64,000 bases of DNA from Kudoa neothunni (lineage: Eukaryota > Animalia > Cnidaria): contig OZ199838.1 of assembly GCA_964304625.1 (NCBI GenBank), forward strand, positions 398,148-462,147, written 5' to 3'. Of this stretch, positions 25,915 to 38,053 are shown piece by piece. A program made the position numbers and the translations under genes. Position 1 is the stretch's first letter, and each line of letters opens with the position of its first letter. A model generated the notes under the pieces. The model was given only the letters and a program-made list of their open reading frames with translations. It searched no databases and was not told the DNA's origin.

Positions 25915-25960
25915 CTAGCGCAAACTGCCCAGCGTCGCATGGGGAAAATTTTGCATAGAG
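25915..25960 (-). mobile_element. Helitron-type 3' terminus
   Basis: The minus strand reads CCCATGCGACGCTGGG (hairpin) CAGTTTGCG CTAG|T. Confidence 0.65.
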
Positions 25961-26344
25961 ATGTTTCTTTATAACATTAAAAAAATATTGTGTCAAATTG
26001 ATTTCGAAATTTAAATCATTATCATTTCTGAGCAGGAGTATATCAATCCTGGTATTGAATTAACAATTTCTTGTCCAGGCACCAACGCTAAATAATTTAA
26101 GGTCATTGTCATATTTATTTTCGCCACCGAATTATTTAAACTCTCTTAAATGCAATCTAATACGTCATTTTTTGACCCGGGGGATTTTTAAAGTCCAATT
26201 TGGACTGGATCGGAAAATGTGTGAACCATTAATTTTTTAAGGAATAAAAAAAGAAAAAGTAAAAGAGATGAAGAAAACACAAGAAAATTAATTTTGGTTA
26301 TTCATATTAATATTCGTTGCCCTAGCATAAACTTTAATGAGCAT

Positions 26345-26660
26345 TTTTCAACAAACATAGAATGACTTTGATTATTTCTTATTTATCAACTCAAAAGTTA
26401 TTTATTACTACTATTTAGATTTTTTACTATTGACATATAACAATTGTATATAAACTAATCTTAAAAATAAACTTTTTGCATATTTCACAAACACATCTCA
26501 TTTTTCATTATAATATAAATAATTCATGAACTTTTAAATATAGATATTAGTGTAGTAATATTTTTTCTAGTTTATAATTTTGTTTATTAAATTTTTTAGT
26601 AGAAATTGAGAAATTATTCAGTTTTTATTATTAAAATTCAGGAACCTAATTTTTAAAAAT
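26345..26660 (+). repeat. Dispersed repeat, inverted homolog of ~30650-30960 (likely non-autonomous Helitron body)
   Basis: For example TTATTATTAAAATTCAGGAACCTAATTTTTAAAAA here versus TTTTTAAAAATTAGGTTTCTGAATTTTAATAATAA at 30651; alignable by eye over ~300 bp. Confidence 0.75.
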
Positions 26661-27810
26661 AATTACATTAATTTGTTTTACCTTAATGTATGTTTAAAAC
26701 AAAAAAAATTGTTAAAAATCTACTAATTGTGAATATTTCAAGATGTAGATACAATATGTTACTTAAGGTTATTAATGTATCAGTACATATATAGTTCATT
26801 AGCGCAAAAGCTCCACTTCGCGAAGACTTCCTTACCCAGCCAAGTAGGCTAACACTTGGCACAGACTAAAGCGTTTTCGATTTTTAAGTAAATAGCGCTA
26901 ATGCGCAGTTTTGCCTGGTACAGTGTGATGGAAAATTTTAACTTTTAATTTTATTTTCCTACTTTAATTGTTGTATTTTAAATCTTGTCATTATTTTTGC
27001 AATGTGATGATTTAGAAAAACAAAATTATGTCCCCACTTTATATTTAAATATAAATAGATGTATTGAGCGAAATCAATGAGTATTTTTAAGTTTATTTTA
27101 CAAATTGTTGGCCAAAACTATGATGACCTCAATTTTAAGAGAAATGTAATTAGCGATTAAAGTTCAGTTATTTATGAAACAAAATCATTAAGTAACTTAA
27201 ATAAGACCTTCAGGTATTTTCAAAATCTTACGATAAAAATTAATCCTTCTACTCATAAAATTTATCTGTTATTATTCATTTATAAATTAGTTTGAATATA
27301 GTCTCGTGAAATATTAAATACATATTAATCATTGGATGATTTGTGAGATACAGTAACCATATACATATTCCAATAAATTTTACGAAAGAAATATATAATT
27401 TTAAATAAGGTTCAAAAAATTTATGACGTTTTATTTTATTTAATCGACTATCCAGAACATCGTATCTGCTAAGTAAGCACGGAGAAACCGTGCGCAATTC
27501 CCTTTCAACGAGCATGTAGAATAAGTAAAAAGCATTTTCACCGCAAAATAAAGGCACCATTATGTATTAGTTTTAAAAATAGGTTTATTAGTAGGCGAAT
27601 TTAATGAACGAATTACGATATAACGCTTAAACTCACCAATAAATTTTAATAAAAAGATAACTTTATGAAATTTTATTTTCGAGGAAATGAAAAATAGCTT
27701 TACACATTATTGAAATCAGTTTTGTAATATCTTCGCTATTCTAAGAGATATTCTTTAGCGTAAGAATAGCCTGTGCTGATGGAGGGATTATACAGATCCG
27801 TAAGTATAGT

Positions 27811-29656
27811 TAGGGGTTAAGACGGTTCGGTTATTTCTAAAATCGGTTTTCGGTTTTTTAAATAATTTTTTCAAACGCACTATAAAAAATTCTATAGTTC
27901 AAATTTCAATTTAGTTATTTCTATTTTCATAAATAAAAACAATTGTCTCAAGTTTCGAATCACTCAGTTTTGTTCTCAAGGGGGAAATAACACGGTTGCA
28001 TAGGGAAAAACATCTTTCTGAGTCAATATTTGTAGGCCTTATATTAGCGAGAGTTTTACGAACCCTCTCTAAACGATGTGACATCACACCGTGATTAATA
28101 AAATTGGTAATTTCGTCTAAATCCATTTCAGCTTCCCAAGGTTCATGGTTGTGGATTTGATCATTCGGTTCAATGAAATTAATTGCTTCTTGTAACTCAA
28201 AATTTGATGGTCTTCTGTAGAATAAACTTTTTTCACAAATGTTTGAATCGAAGCTCAAAAACATAAATATGTCAGACCAAATGGTGCGTCGTTCAAAGCA
28301 GCGTTCGATAAATTTCATTTTTAAATTCTCTGAAATTGTTCCGTCAATAAGAGAGAGATCCTCAACTGTGTTAGTTAGTATAAAGTCACATTGTGCAAGA
28401 TTTATTTGTGACTCTGAAAGTTTGAGAACGGCGCGATGCACAATTTCCAGACATGATGTTAATTCCTTAACATTCAGTCATTTTTACAATATATTTATCG
28501 ATAATTACATTGACCAAAATAATTTCATCTTTTTCGATCAGCAAATTCTTTTCCAAAATCATGTAAGCGTCTTCAGTGGCCTCGAACATCTTCACAAATT
28601 TGACTAACATATCGTAACAACTTGACCATCGTGTCACACAATCGATATTCATTGATAGGTATTTAATGCCTTTTCTTTCACATGATTTTCTCAAGGCGTC
28701 CGAAGCCAATCCAGATCTTGAAAAGTAACTGACAACTGACCTCACCCGAGATAAAATATCTAAGAAACTTGTCACAAGGACAAATTCTTGCTCATCAAAC
28801 TCCAGCTCGTCAGTTATAGTTTCGATATTTTTTGGCTTCTGGCTATTAGCTTCTTCATACATTGTGTCTTTTACAGCTATACGTTAATGTAGGTTTGTCA
28901 ATTAATAATTCAATTACCTAAATTTATTCCATGTAGCATGCACTTTATCTGCTGAAAACCTAACTCAAAAGTGCATTTTGCCATGTTTGACGCTCCATCG
29001 ATACACATAAATAAGGACGTAACGCCAATTCTACGCCTGTACATCTTTCGGTGACTCTAATAACCCCGAGCGAAATTTTTTTGTCTTCGAAATATGCTTG
29101 GATATTGAGAAATCGCTTTTTAGATCTTGACGTCCACTCATCAGAACAGAGCGCAGGTCTTGAATTGGCACCGGGAAAAAAATTTTTTTTATCTTTGCTC
29201 ACCATAGATGCTTCTACTTTTACGCAAGAATCGGAAATTTCATCATAGGATACTGGGATTTCTTTATTGTGAACTTTTTTCAACAATCGTCTTATGGTGG
29301 TACTTTTTGCAATTTTGGCAATATCACTATCCAGGTTAAAATCCCAAAGACTTTTGCTCGCAAAACTTTCAATAACGGGTTGTGTTTGTATGCTTCTAAA
29401 TTTCGATAGAAAAATATCAGCGATTGCAACAACTTATTTTTTGAATCAATCCCATGTATTTTAGCGTGTGCATGCAATGTACTAGTCAAACTTTTTTTGC
29501 ACATAAGTACTGCATCGCATTTGTTACACTTTGCTTTTTCATTAGCAAGCTTAACGAAATAGCTCCAAATAGCAGATACCATCACCGTAATTATGAACGA
29601 AAAAAACTTATTCCCTATTAAAGCACGTGCCACTAACAAAAAATTTTGTTACCCCT
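27811..29656 (-). mobile_element. hAT transposon with BED finger, disrupted
   Basis: SAIWSYF..KAKCNKC..TSTLHAHAKIHG (BED finger), LCSDEWTS, CMLHGINL, DCVTRWSS and RPTNIDSERCFS; weak AGGGGT-type termini. Confidence 0.88.
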
Positions 29657-29699
29657 TTAATATTTTAAAAACTAGTTTATTTTTTTAAAATACTGCATC

Positions 29700-29915
29700 A
29701 ATCACATTTTTACATATTTTTAGTAATATTAAAGTATGTGGCACCTAAAAAACGTCCTCTTGCGCATGTTTTTCACGATTCTTGATAATAAGATGAAAGA
29801 ATACGGAGATAAAAAATTCAGCTCAAAATAATGACTTTAGAATTATAAGAATTTTTCATCCACACGCAGTCGGATACATGTGTAACCTCCATCTTCTTTC
29901 AACAAACGTTGAATT
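29700..29915 (+). repeat. Dispersed repeat, inverted homolog of ~30950-31170 and direct homolog of ~62870-63085
   Basis: Shared blocks TTTTTCACGATTCTTGATAATAA and GTCGGATACATGTGTAACCTCCATC. Confidence 0.75.
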
Positions 29916-30649
29916 GTTCTCTAACTCGTTTTGAAAATCATTCATAAATTGGTTTCATTTCGTATTTTTTATCGTATAAAAGAAAATTTTTACGATGTCA
30001 AATTTATCTATACATGTTTTTATTGGTTTTTAAATATGAATGGTTTTAAACAATAACTTAACCACGTGCTCTCAAAATGCATTTTCTTATAACTTGTGTT
30101 TTCTTTCACGCTCACTCAGACTTAGAATAAACACACACGCGGCTTGTTCAGGTCCGACAGTAAAACAATATAGAGCTTACTTAACAAGGTGATGAAGCAG
30201 CCGTTAATTTATATAATAGTTATAATCTCCAATAGAACTGATAAATTTTTTTTAAATAAATCAACACTATATTAAAGATAAGCATTTAATTTAAAAAGGT
30301 AAATATCTTGAGTTCGAATAAAAGTTGTTATTACTTTATTAGAGGAAATTTTACGTGTGTGTTTAGTCTAACATTCAACCAACGTAAAAATGTTGTTATT
30401 GTACCTTCAAAGAATTTATATTTCTATAAATATATCAGTTTTAGTCAATTATACGTGTATTGATATAAATAACTTTAGATAACACATATATTTTTATATC
30501 TCGTAATATTCTCAATTAGCATTTTTTGGAGAATTATTTGTTACCAAACTTTGACTTATAAAAAAACTTAAAAAACAATAAAAATATCGCTTAGTAATTT
30601 TTTTCCAATATTATACCAACACTGCAGGGTAAAACAAATTAATATCATC

Positions 30650-31170
30650 ATTTTTAAAAATTAGGTTTCTGAATTTTAATAATAAAAATTGAATAAATTC
30701 ATAATTTCTCGAAAAAAATTAAATCTAAAAAATTATAAACTAAAATAAATCTTACTACATTGACATCGATATTTTAAAGTTCATAAAGTATTTTTATCTT
30801 AGCGAAAAATGAGATGTTTTTGTGAAATTTGCAAATAGTTTATTTTCCAAGTTAGTTTATAAAATTGTTAGATATCAAAAGCGAAAAATCTAAATAGTAA
30901 TAATAAATAACTTTTGATTTAATAACTAAGATGGAAACATAAAAATTCAATGTTAGATGAAAAAAAAGATGGAGATTACACGTGTAGCCGACCACATTCG
31001 GATGAATAATTCTCAAAATTTTTAAGTTATTATTTTCAGCTAAATTTTTGTATTTCGTATTCTTTTATTTTATTATCAAGAATCGTGAAAAAAGAAATGC
31101 GAAAGAATATGTTTAAGGAGATGCTTTTCAGGTTCCGCATACTTTACTATTACTAAAAATGTGATTGACT
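30650..31170 (-). repeat. Longer inverted copy of the same repeat family
   Basis: Its reverse complement joins the 29700-29915 segment to the 26345-26660 segment at the shared TTTCA(A/T)C.AAC..TGAAT block. Confidence 0.7.
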
Positions 31171-31351
31171 ACTTATTTTAGTGATTCTTTGTTTAAAATT
31201 CAGCATCAACTGATAATAGAAGCTAAATTATAACAATTAAAAAATTAATATTAATATTTCAATACTTTTAAATAAATACGATATAACTAAATGTAAATAA
31301 AAATTAAACTATATATATCCAAATTCTAACTACGTCATATATTTTACATAA

Positions 31352-32790
31352 GACGGACTTTCGCCGGAATTTGTATAACGCGCGCGCTTAATATTGCTTA
31401 AGAAAACACAGTTAAATCAAATATATATACATCTATTACATTCAGTGAAGACTACGATATTTTTTTGAGTTAAAAATTATTTCACCTTCCAAATACAATG
31501 TCTCGGTAGTATATATCATACTTTAGAAATATTTGTTTCAATTTTTCATATTTCTCGTTTACTTATTTTGCCATATGGTTCCATATTTGAAAAAAATATC
31601 TCTCTTCACATTACTTTGATGTTATTTTAATTTTTGAATAAAAATGTGTATCCGAGCATGAGATTTTTTAAAACGACTGTAAAAATGTCTATTGAAAATC
31701 TCAGCGGAATTTGATGTCAACTTGATATTTCGTAATATTATGTCGAGAGCATTCCACGATTTTATTGGAAATTTAAGGTTTACAATACATGTGTTTTCAT
31801 AGTATTTCATAAAGGAATCTATGTTGGTTACAGAGGAGATTTTTAGATGTTACTCTTAACTTTTCAAATTCGTTTTGAGCACAATTAGGCGGAACAAAAG
31901 CGAAAGATGTTACTCATTTTACGAATAATTTAAAATCATCGTTAGAGTCATAATCATTAGAACAACCTAGTTTTTGCATTTTTCTATATACACACTGACC
32001 TAGGTGAAATAAACAGAAATGCATAGAATATTTTGATTCTTTTTTAAAAGAATTATATGCTGCCATTTCAAAATCTATTACGACATTTTCCGAAGTCCTA
32101 AATTACCTTTTCCTTGAGAATTCGGAGTACTTTTTCGTAACTTTTTTGCAATTTGTTGGACATTAATATATAAACTATGGGGGGGGGGGGGGGGGTGAGA
32201 ACTCTATTAAAAATTGAATCGTGGATAGTGTAAAGTTGAAAAAATTCCTTAGGTGTACAAGATTAGTCTCGGTAGTGAAAATTATGATTCTGTTCCTGTC
32301 ATCAGATCCCGAGTCACGCAAAAAAAATGGTTCATCTCTAAAGGTTTTTAAGTCGGAATAAACATCATTCATCTGAATACATTCAATATTCTTCCTTTCT
32401 CTAATACTTAAGATTCGTTTGCACATTGTTTTTTTTAGAAACAATTGGAATATTATTGATACTTTCATTATTAGAAGCTAAGCTGTAAACTTTAGAGGAG
32501 GGGCACACAGTATTTTCCTATAATTTTCTTGATTCAATCGCCATCAATTTTTTTGTTCATCGTCGACAACGTGATTATGAAATTTTAATTCTTTAATGTG
32601 GTCCATGTTGTCTGCAGGGATGTTCTTAATCTTCCCTGACGCATTCTAACTTGACATCTCAAATATTTATACTTAGTATTTTTATAATCCTTCACATAAA
32701 AAGTAATTGTTAGACATAAGGTCATTATCCCTCCGATATTGTTCATTACTGGATGCGCGCGCATATTATTTTTACGGCGAAGCGTTGTTT
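31352..32790 (-). mobile_element. MULE (FLYWCH-type) transposon remnant with degenerate TIRs
   Basis: PFFLRDSGSDDRNRIIIFTT, VIDFEMAAYNS, CLFHLGQC and TSNSAEIFN motifs. The ends TTCGCCGGAATTTGTATAACGCGCGCG and CGCGCGCATATTATTTTTACGGCGAA are inverted homologs. Confidence 0.8.
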
Positions 32791-32910
32791 CTGGCCAAAC
32801 ATTATCATACCAAATCCTATATAACGAAATGTAAATAAGAAGAAAACTATATATATATATATATATATATCTAAATTCTAATTATGTTATATATTTTTGT
32901 ACCATCAGAT

Positions 32911-35900
32911 TTATATTTGTGGGCTAAGGTGTCGTATCGCATCTAGCGCTAAGTTCTTAAAGGTTCCTTGCAAATTTTTTTCGCAATGGCCTTGTTCCTT
33001 AAAGTTATTCAAATTCATCTTTTTCCCGTTGTAAAAAAAAGAAATGCAATTTCCTGCATTGGTTCCAGTAGTTTCATAGTAATATCTAGTTAACTTATAT
33101 TTGTCTCCATTTTTCCAGACACCAGCTTGTGGTTGTTTACACGCTTCTACCGCTTTGAGATCACCAAGATGACCAGCTAAATTCGATTAGATATATAACA
33201 CGGAAAATATAATTAATATAAAATACTGGCGGGACAAAAACTAGCACATATCTCTGCAGAACTAAATATATTTTTTGCACCATCATCAAGTTTAACTGAG
33301 TCCCCAGTCGGAGTCAATGATAAAAAAGGACGACATACTCTATTTTCTTTGTCAAAATAAAAGTATTCTTTAACAGTTTCAACATTGGTGTTTATTTCTT
33401 GTTCGGATGGTACTTGGTATGGTTCAGTCGCATCGCAAGCTGCAACAAAATCCGCTAATTATTACCATCATTGCGTGCCTATCAGTGCAATTTAATACTT
33501 ATGCATGTTGCTACGCATTTTGGTAGTTCCTCAAAAAATCCTCTATCTGACAGCTTACCAACTGCAGCATAAACGCATCTTTTTTTGTCTTTGTGTAATA
33601 CAACTCCCATTTTAGGAGTATCGTTATCTACTTCAGCAGCAAAAAGGCAGTCAAACTTATTAGGAAATGCAGTAAGAGTGTCATCGTTAGCATTTGTTGC
33701 ACCACCATTCTTTTTATCTAAGTCAATTTAGTTTATTCGATAATATAATACAGTTGAATCTAGATTATCCAGAAATTTGGAACATGCGATTTTCTTTCCG
33801 GATAGCGAGATTTCAATTAGTCAAACGTAAAAAATGTCACACACGCATTTATTTGAAATTTTTGCTTATGTTGATTGTTTACTTGATTTATAAACAATTT
33901 TTACTATTTTCAACGTAAAATATTTTAATTTGTGCCATTTACATTAAAAATGCTGACATATCCCTTGATTAAGAATACAGAGACGTAACCCTCTAACGGA
34001 TTTAGGGTGTATTAAACCCCAAACCACGTTTAATGTGGGAATAAAATTTTCCAACCATCTCAAAGAAAATTGAACTTAAACGTTATTCTCCCAAAAAAAT
34101 CCATAATCCATCCTCTAACGGGCTTGGGGTGAAAAACAACCAAATGAGGAACTGTTGTATAATCCCATCGATAAATTTCCAAGAAAATCTGAAACTAGTA
34201 TCTCACCTAATCCAATGCGGTATTCTTCGTCGATCGATCGAAAATTTCCGTTGGTATAATATTGAGGTTCTCCTAACAGATGGACGGAGAAATGTCGATT
34301 TTGTCTGATATATCGGGTTTTGATAATTAACGAAAAATTTTTGTTGAATTATAATGTTCAAGAATACTTCTTCGTAAATTTTATTACAATTATGCGCCAA
34401 TTTGGGTTATGCAGAAAAATGGGATTATTTGAACAAGAAGCTTGTACTAATTGGACAATTTTGGTAGGTGAATTAAGATGAACACTTTCATTGAATTTTA
34501 CGATGATATCCACTCCTTAAATTTTATGTTAGATAATAACTTGTTTTTCACACTACTTAACGCAAGGCCTTATCATTCATTGAAAATAATCCACCTTGAT
34601 TGAACCGAACCATTTCGAGCCAGATTAAGTTTTATAATAGATGTGAAAATACTCCAAATTCTATCGATAGAATTTACTAAAAGTTTTCAATTAAATTCAA
34701 AGTATTTTTTGAGTAAATTTAAGCCAAAAAAACTTGGGGTGTTTTTCACCTCAAACCCGTTAGAGCTATGTTTCCCAAACTTTTTTCTATCGCGCCCACT
34801 TTTTCTTAAAAATAAGTTACGCGCTTCACCTTTTCTAAATGTATTGATTTTTTAAGTTAAACTGTTTATAATTTGGAATCAAGCTTCATGCCACATTAAA
34901 ATTATAAAATGGCAAATATATATTTCTTTTTCATTAGAATTAAAATGTATTAGATCAGATCTAATTTAATTTATAGACGGACTTTAAAAATTAAATTTTT
35001 ACTTTTACATTCAGTCAAAAACCGTGTTAAGTGAAATTTATGGTAATCCAACCCCTATCAGGCAAAACTTTTCTGTATTGGGGGATTATAAACCGAAATT
35101 AAATAATTAATATTGAAAATTAATCAATATCGTTTTTGGATAAGTCAATAATAGAGGGCATCACGGTTATAAATGTGACAACATTGGAATTATAACCATT
35201 CCGATTCTATTGAGAAAAAACCATGTAAAACGTTTTTATATTTTTTATATAAATTAATCGGTGCTTTTGTATTGTTTTAGGATATTCACATTCGCTTAAA
35301 AATAAGCAAAATCAAAAATCGAAGTATCGATTTCAATGTGTGTCACACTGTCCATTTATCTCACCATTATCCATGTCACACCAATGTCCATGATTTTCCA
35401 CGCCCTACAAGAGCCGTGCATTGAACGCTCAAAGATTTCCATGCCTCGCCTGTGGGAAACACTGCGTTAGAAGATGGAATTTTTCGCTAGCTTAAAGGGT
35501 TAAAGGAAAAACAGCACATAATTATGGCAGTTTTTATACGTCTACAGAGGAGTAATCTACTTTTTTAAATAATCGATAATTAACGTTTGTTTAATATACA
35601 TACAGGCATGTGTTCAGATATAGCACAAATTTATATAAGAACTGAACGCTTAACTTAAGTTTTAAAAGGAAAATTTATTCATAAATAACCTAGAACTGTT
35701 TTTGTTTTGAATATTGAATTGGTATATATACCACATTGTATGTCGTACGGTGATGGTTGGTACTTTTATCCGGAAATATGATCAAATAGATCTTCTGGTT
35801 TCCGGATAGTCGAACATTTATCGGCACGTAATGTCAGTTAAATTCAAATAAAATTTAAAATTTCTTCCAAGTAATCGAATTCCAGATAATCGAGGTTCGA

Positions 35901-36486
35901 TTGTACTACAAAAAAATTGGTCAAACTTAATTACTATTACAAGCATTTTTGCAGTCTTCTTCACTCATAAAATTATTGGCGTTTCCTCCGCACCCAGAGT
36001 ATTTGAATGTTTTGCATGAGTAGGTAGGGGGTGAACCATCAGCTGTCTTTGAAAAATACCACCTCTCAGGTTGATTCGCCTCGGGTACTTTGCAAGCGCC
36101 TTCTTCTTTAGGTAATGCACACGCTTTGGACTGCTCTTCTGGTGTGAATTTTACTAATAATAAAGTTAAAAAACTTTAAATATAATGATTTACAATGATA
36201 TTGACAAACAGCCTTTGACACAAAGTTGTTAAAATTTCCTAGTGAACCCAAATATTGGAATTTTTTGCACGTTGCAGTTTCTATGTCGACATACCATCTG
36301 TCAGCTACAGCTGCTTTTTGTTGGGCTTCAGTCATCCAAGCTGGAGCCGCTCCGACATCTTTTACATAAGAATCCAACGCTCTTTCTATTTTTCATTTAA
36401 ATAAAGTTGAGTTGAAACAATGTAAATGTACCTAGGGAAGCTGTTTCTAATGAAACAAAGAAAATTAACGAAGCCAACATTCCCAT
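32911..36486 (-). CDS. Secreted five-domain Kunitz/BPTI-like protein (~380-390 aa, 6 exons)
   Basis: Exons 36432-36486, 36194-36385, 35935-36153, 33499-33717, 33227-33454 and 32911-33176 splice in frame, all phase 1. Signal peptide MGMLASLIFFVSLETASL. Domain 2 is CALPKEEGACK..RWYF..CKTFKYSGCGGNANNFMSEEDCKNAC. Confidence 0.9.
33989..35499. mobile_element. piggyBac-type MITE nested in the pogo element
   Basis: GTAA|CCCTCTAACGG ... TTAAAGGG|TTAA; internal inverted repeats at ~34112 and ~34734; same end family as 37151. Confidence 0.6.
34766..35464. mobile_element. hAT (Charlie-like) MITE nested in the piggyBac MITE
   Basis: 8-bp TSD CGTTAGAG/CGTTAGAA flanking CTATGTTTCCCA ... TGGGAAACACTG. Confidence 0.8.
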
Positions 36487-37150
36487 AGGTATTGCAACAA
36501 GCTATTAAAATCGTATATTTCCGATGTCTGAATTAATATTATAAATACCTTATTTATATATCGTACATGGTTCGATTCATTAAATACGAATGGATAATAT
36601 GAATAGTGACCATAAACAAAACAACCATAATGTTGTATTACGAATCAATATTCAATCAGCGATCTTTGTGCTAACGCAGCCTAAAGGGATAACATTCAAT
36701 CCGAAGAATTAAATTTATTTTTATATTGCGACAGTTTTTACTTTGAATATAATAATAACAATAATATTTCGGTGTTTCTTTTGGTGTTTGGATTGTATAA
36801 ATTCCTCAAGTTAAACAATGATAACACCGGCAAAACCTTCTCGTAATAAATGGCATATTTGTATATATAGATACACTTACAATCAGACCAGTTTTTCAAT
36901 TAAATAGCCAAAAAATCTATACAAAGTATCAAACAAGATATATAATTTATTAATCATACAGAGTTATTTTAACCCCTTTTTAAATTTGAACAGAACGCAA
37001 TATTCACCAACAAAAATTAGTTCGAATATGGGTAGACCTTAATATAGCCTAATACTTATTTTCTTATATCAAAGAAAGTAAACATTATTTATAAATATAA
37101 AAAAAAAACAACCAACTAAATACTGATGAAATTGCTGATTTCGATATTAA

Positions 37151-37838
37151 CCCTCTAACAGACGAAAAACAACCACCCCTCAACGGGCTTTGGGGTAAAG
37201 AGACGATAATTGTGAAGCGTGTGGCTATCCCATTTTTAGCGTAGTTTACGACTTTTTTCGTCGAAAGTTGTTCCAAAAAATCTTATATGCTCTTCTCATC
37301 TGGAGTGAATCAAAATTTTCCTCAAAATTATAAAAATACATTTTTCTTCTAATCGCATATATGACAGTGTAGTAAATAATATAATCTCCATGCTAAACAC
37401 TAGTTCTGTATTCCACCATGAAAGAATACGATGTTGAGTACAAATTGTGCAACAAACTGTTTATAATATTTTTAGGTTTTATTCCGCCTAAACTTACTTC
37501 ACAATAAGTTATTATTAACGGTTGTTGTTCAGACATGTAGAATATTGAAAATTTATCGATAGTCAAAATATTTTTTCTATATTATAGCAATATAACTATT
37601 TTTAGTTGTGTGAATTTTTTTAATCGAATCGCTACATTATTAGATGCAGTTATTGAGTCCTATTTGATAAATTATCACCTAAACTGTATTTAAAGAGTAG
37701 TTATAAATTGGAAAATGCATAAAAAACTAATTTGATAGTTCATAAAAATGTTTATAATTGAGAATAATCTCTAGAGATGGAATATATTTGGACAGACTAT
37801 TATGCACGAAAAATCAAATGATTTCTGTCGTTAGGTTT
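37151..37838. repeat. piggyBac-type MITE end, with its body duplicated in inverted orientation at ~45803-46422
   Basis: TTAA|CCCTCTAAC start; 37229-37803 is the reverse complement of 45838-46412. Confidence 0.85.
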
Positions 37839-38053
37839 AAATCAATTTTTATCTTTAAACCCATTTTTAATATCGAACAAATTTTTTTCGCTTAAAAGTG
37901 ATATAATTTATATTTTTTATTAAAATTAGAATTACATTTCTTGTCATAACAAAATGTTTGTTAAACGGGATTATATTTTATGACTATTTAGACGTAATAA
38001 TTCAGTGTAGGTTTTACTTCTTGATATTTATTTATCTAATCAAGATATATTAA

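Larger units (their letters stand above)
33751..35903. mobile_element. pogo/Tigger-type non-autonomous element in Kunitz intron 3
   Basis: TA|CAGTTGAATCTAGATTATCCAGAA ... TTCCAGATAATCGAGGTTCGATTG|TA. Confidence 0.8.

Noticed and set aside
32179-32195. G17 run (G-quadruplex or poly-Pro ORF end)
   Set aside because: An isolated homopolymer inside a dead MULE, with no supporting context; it may be an artefact.
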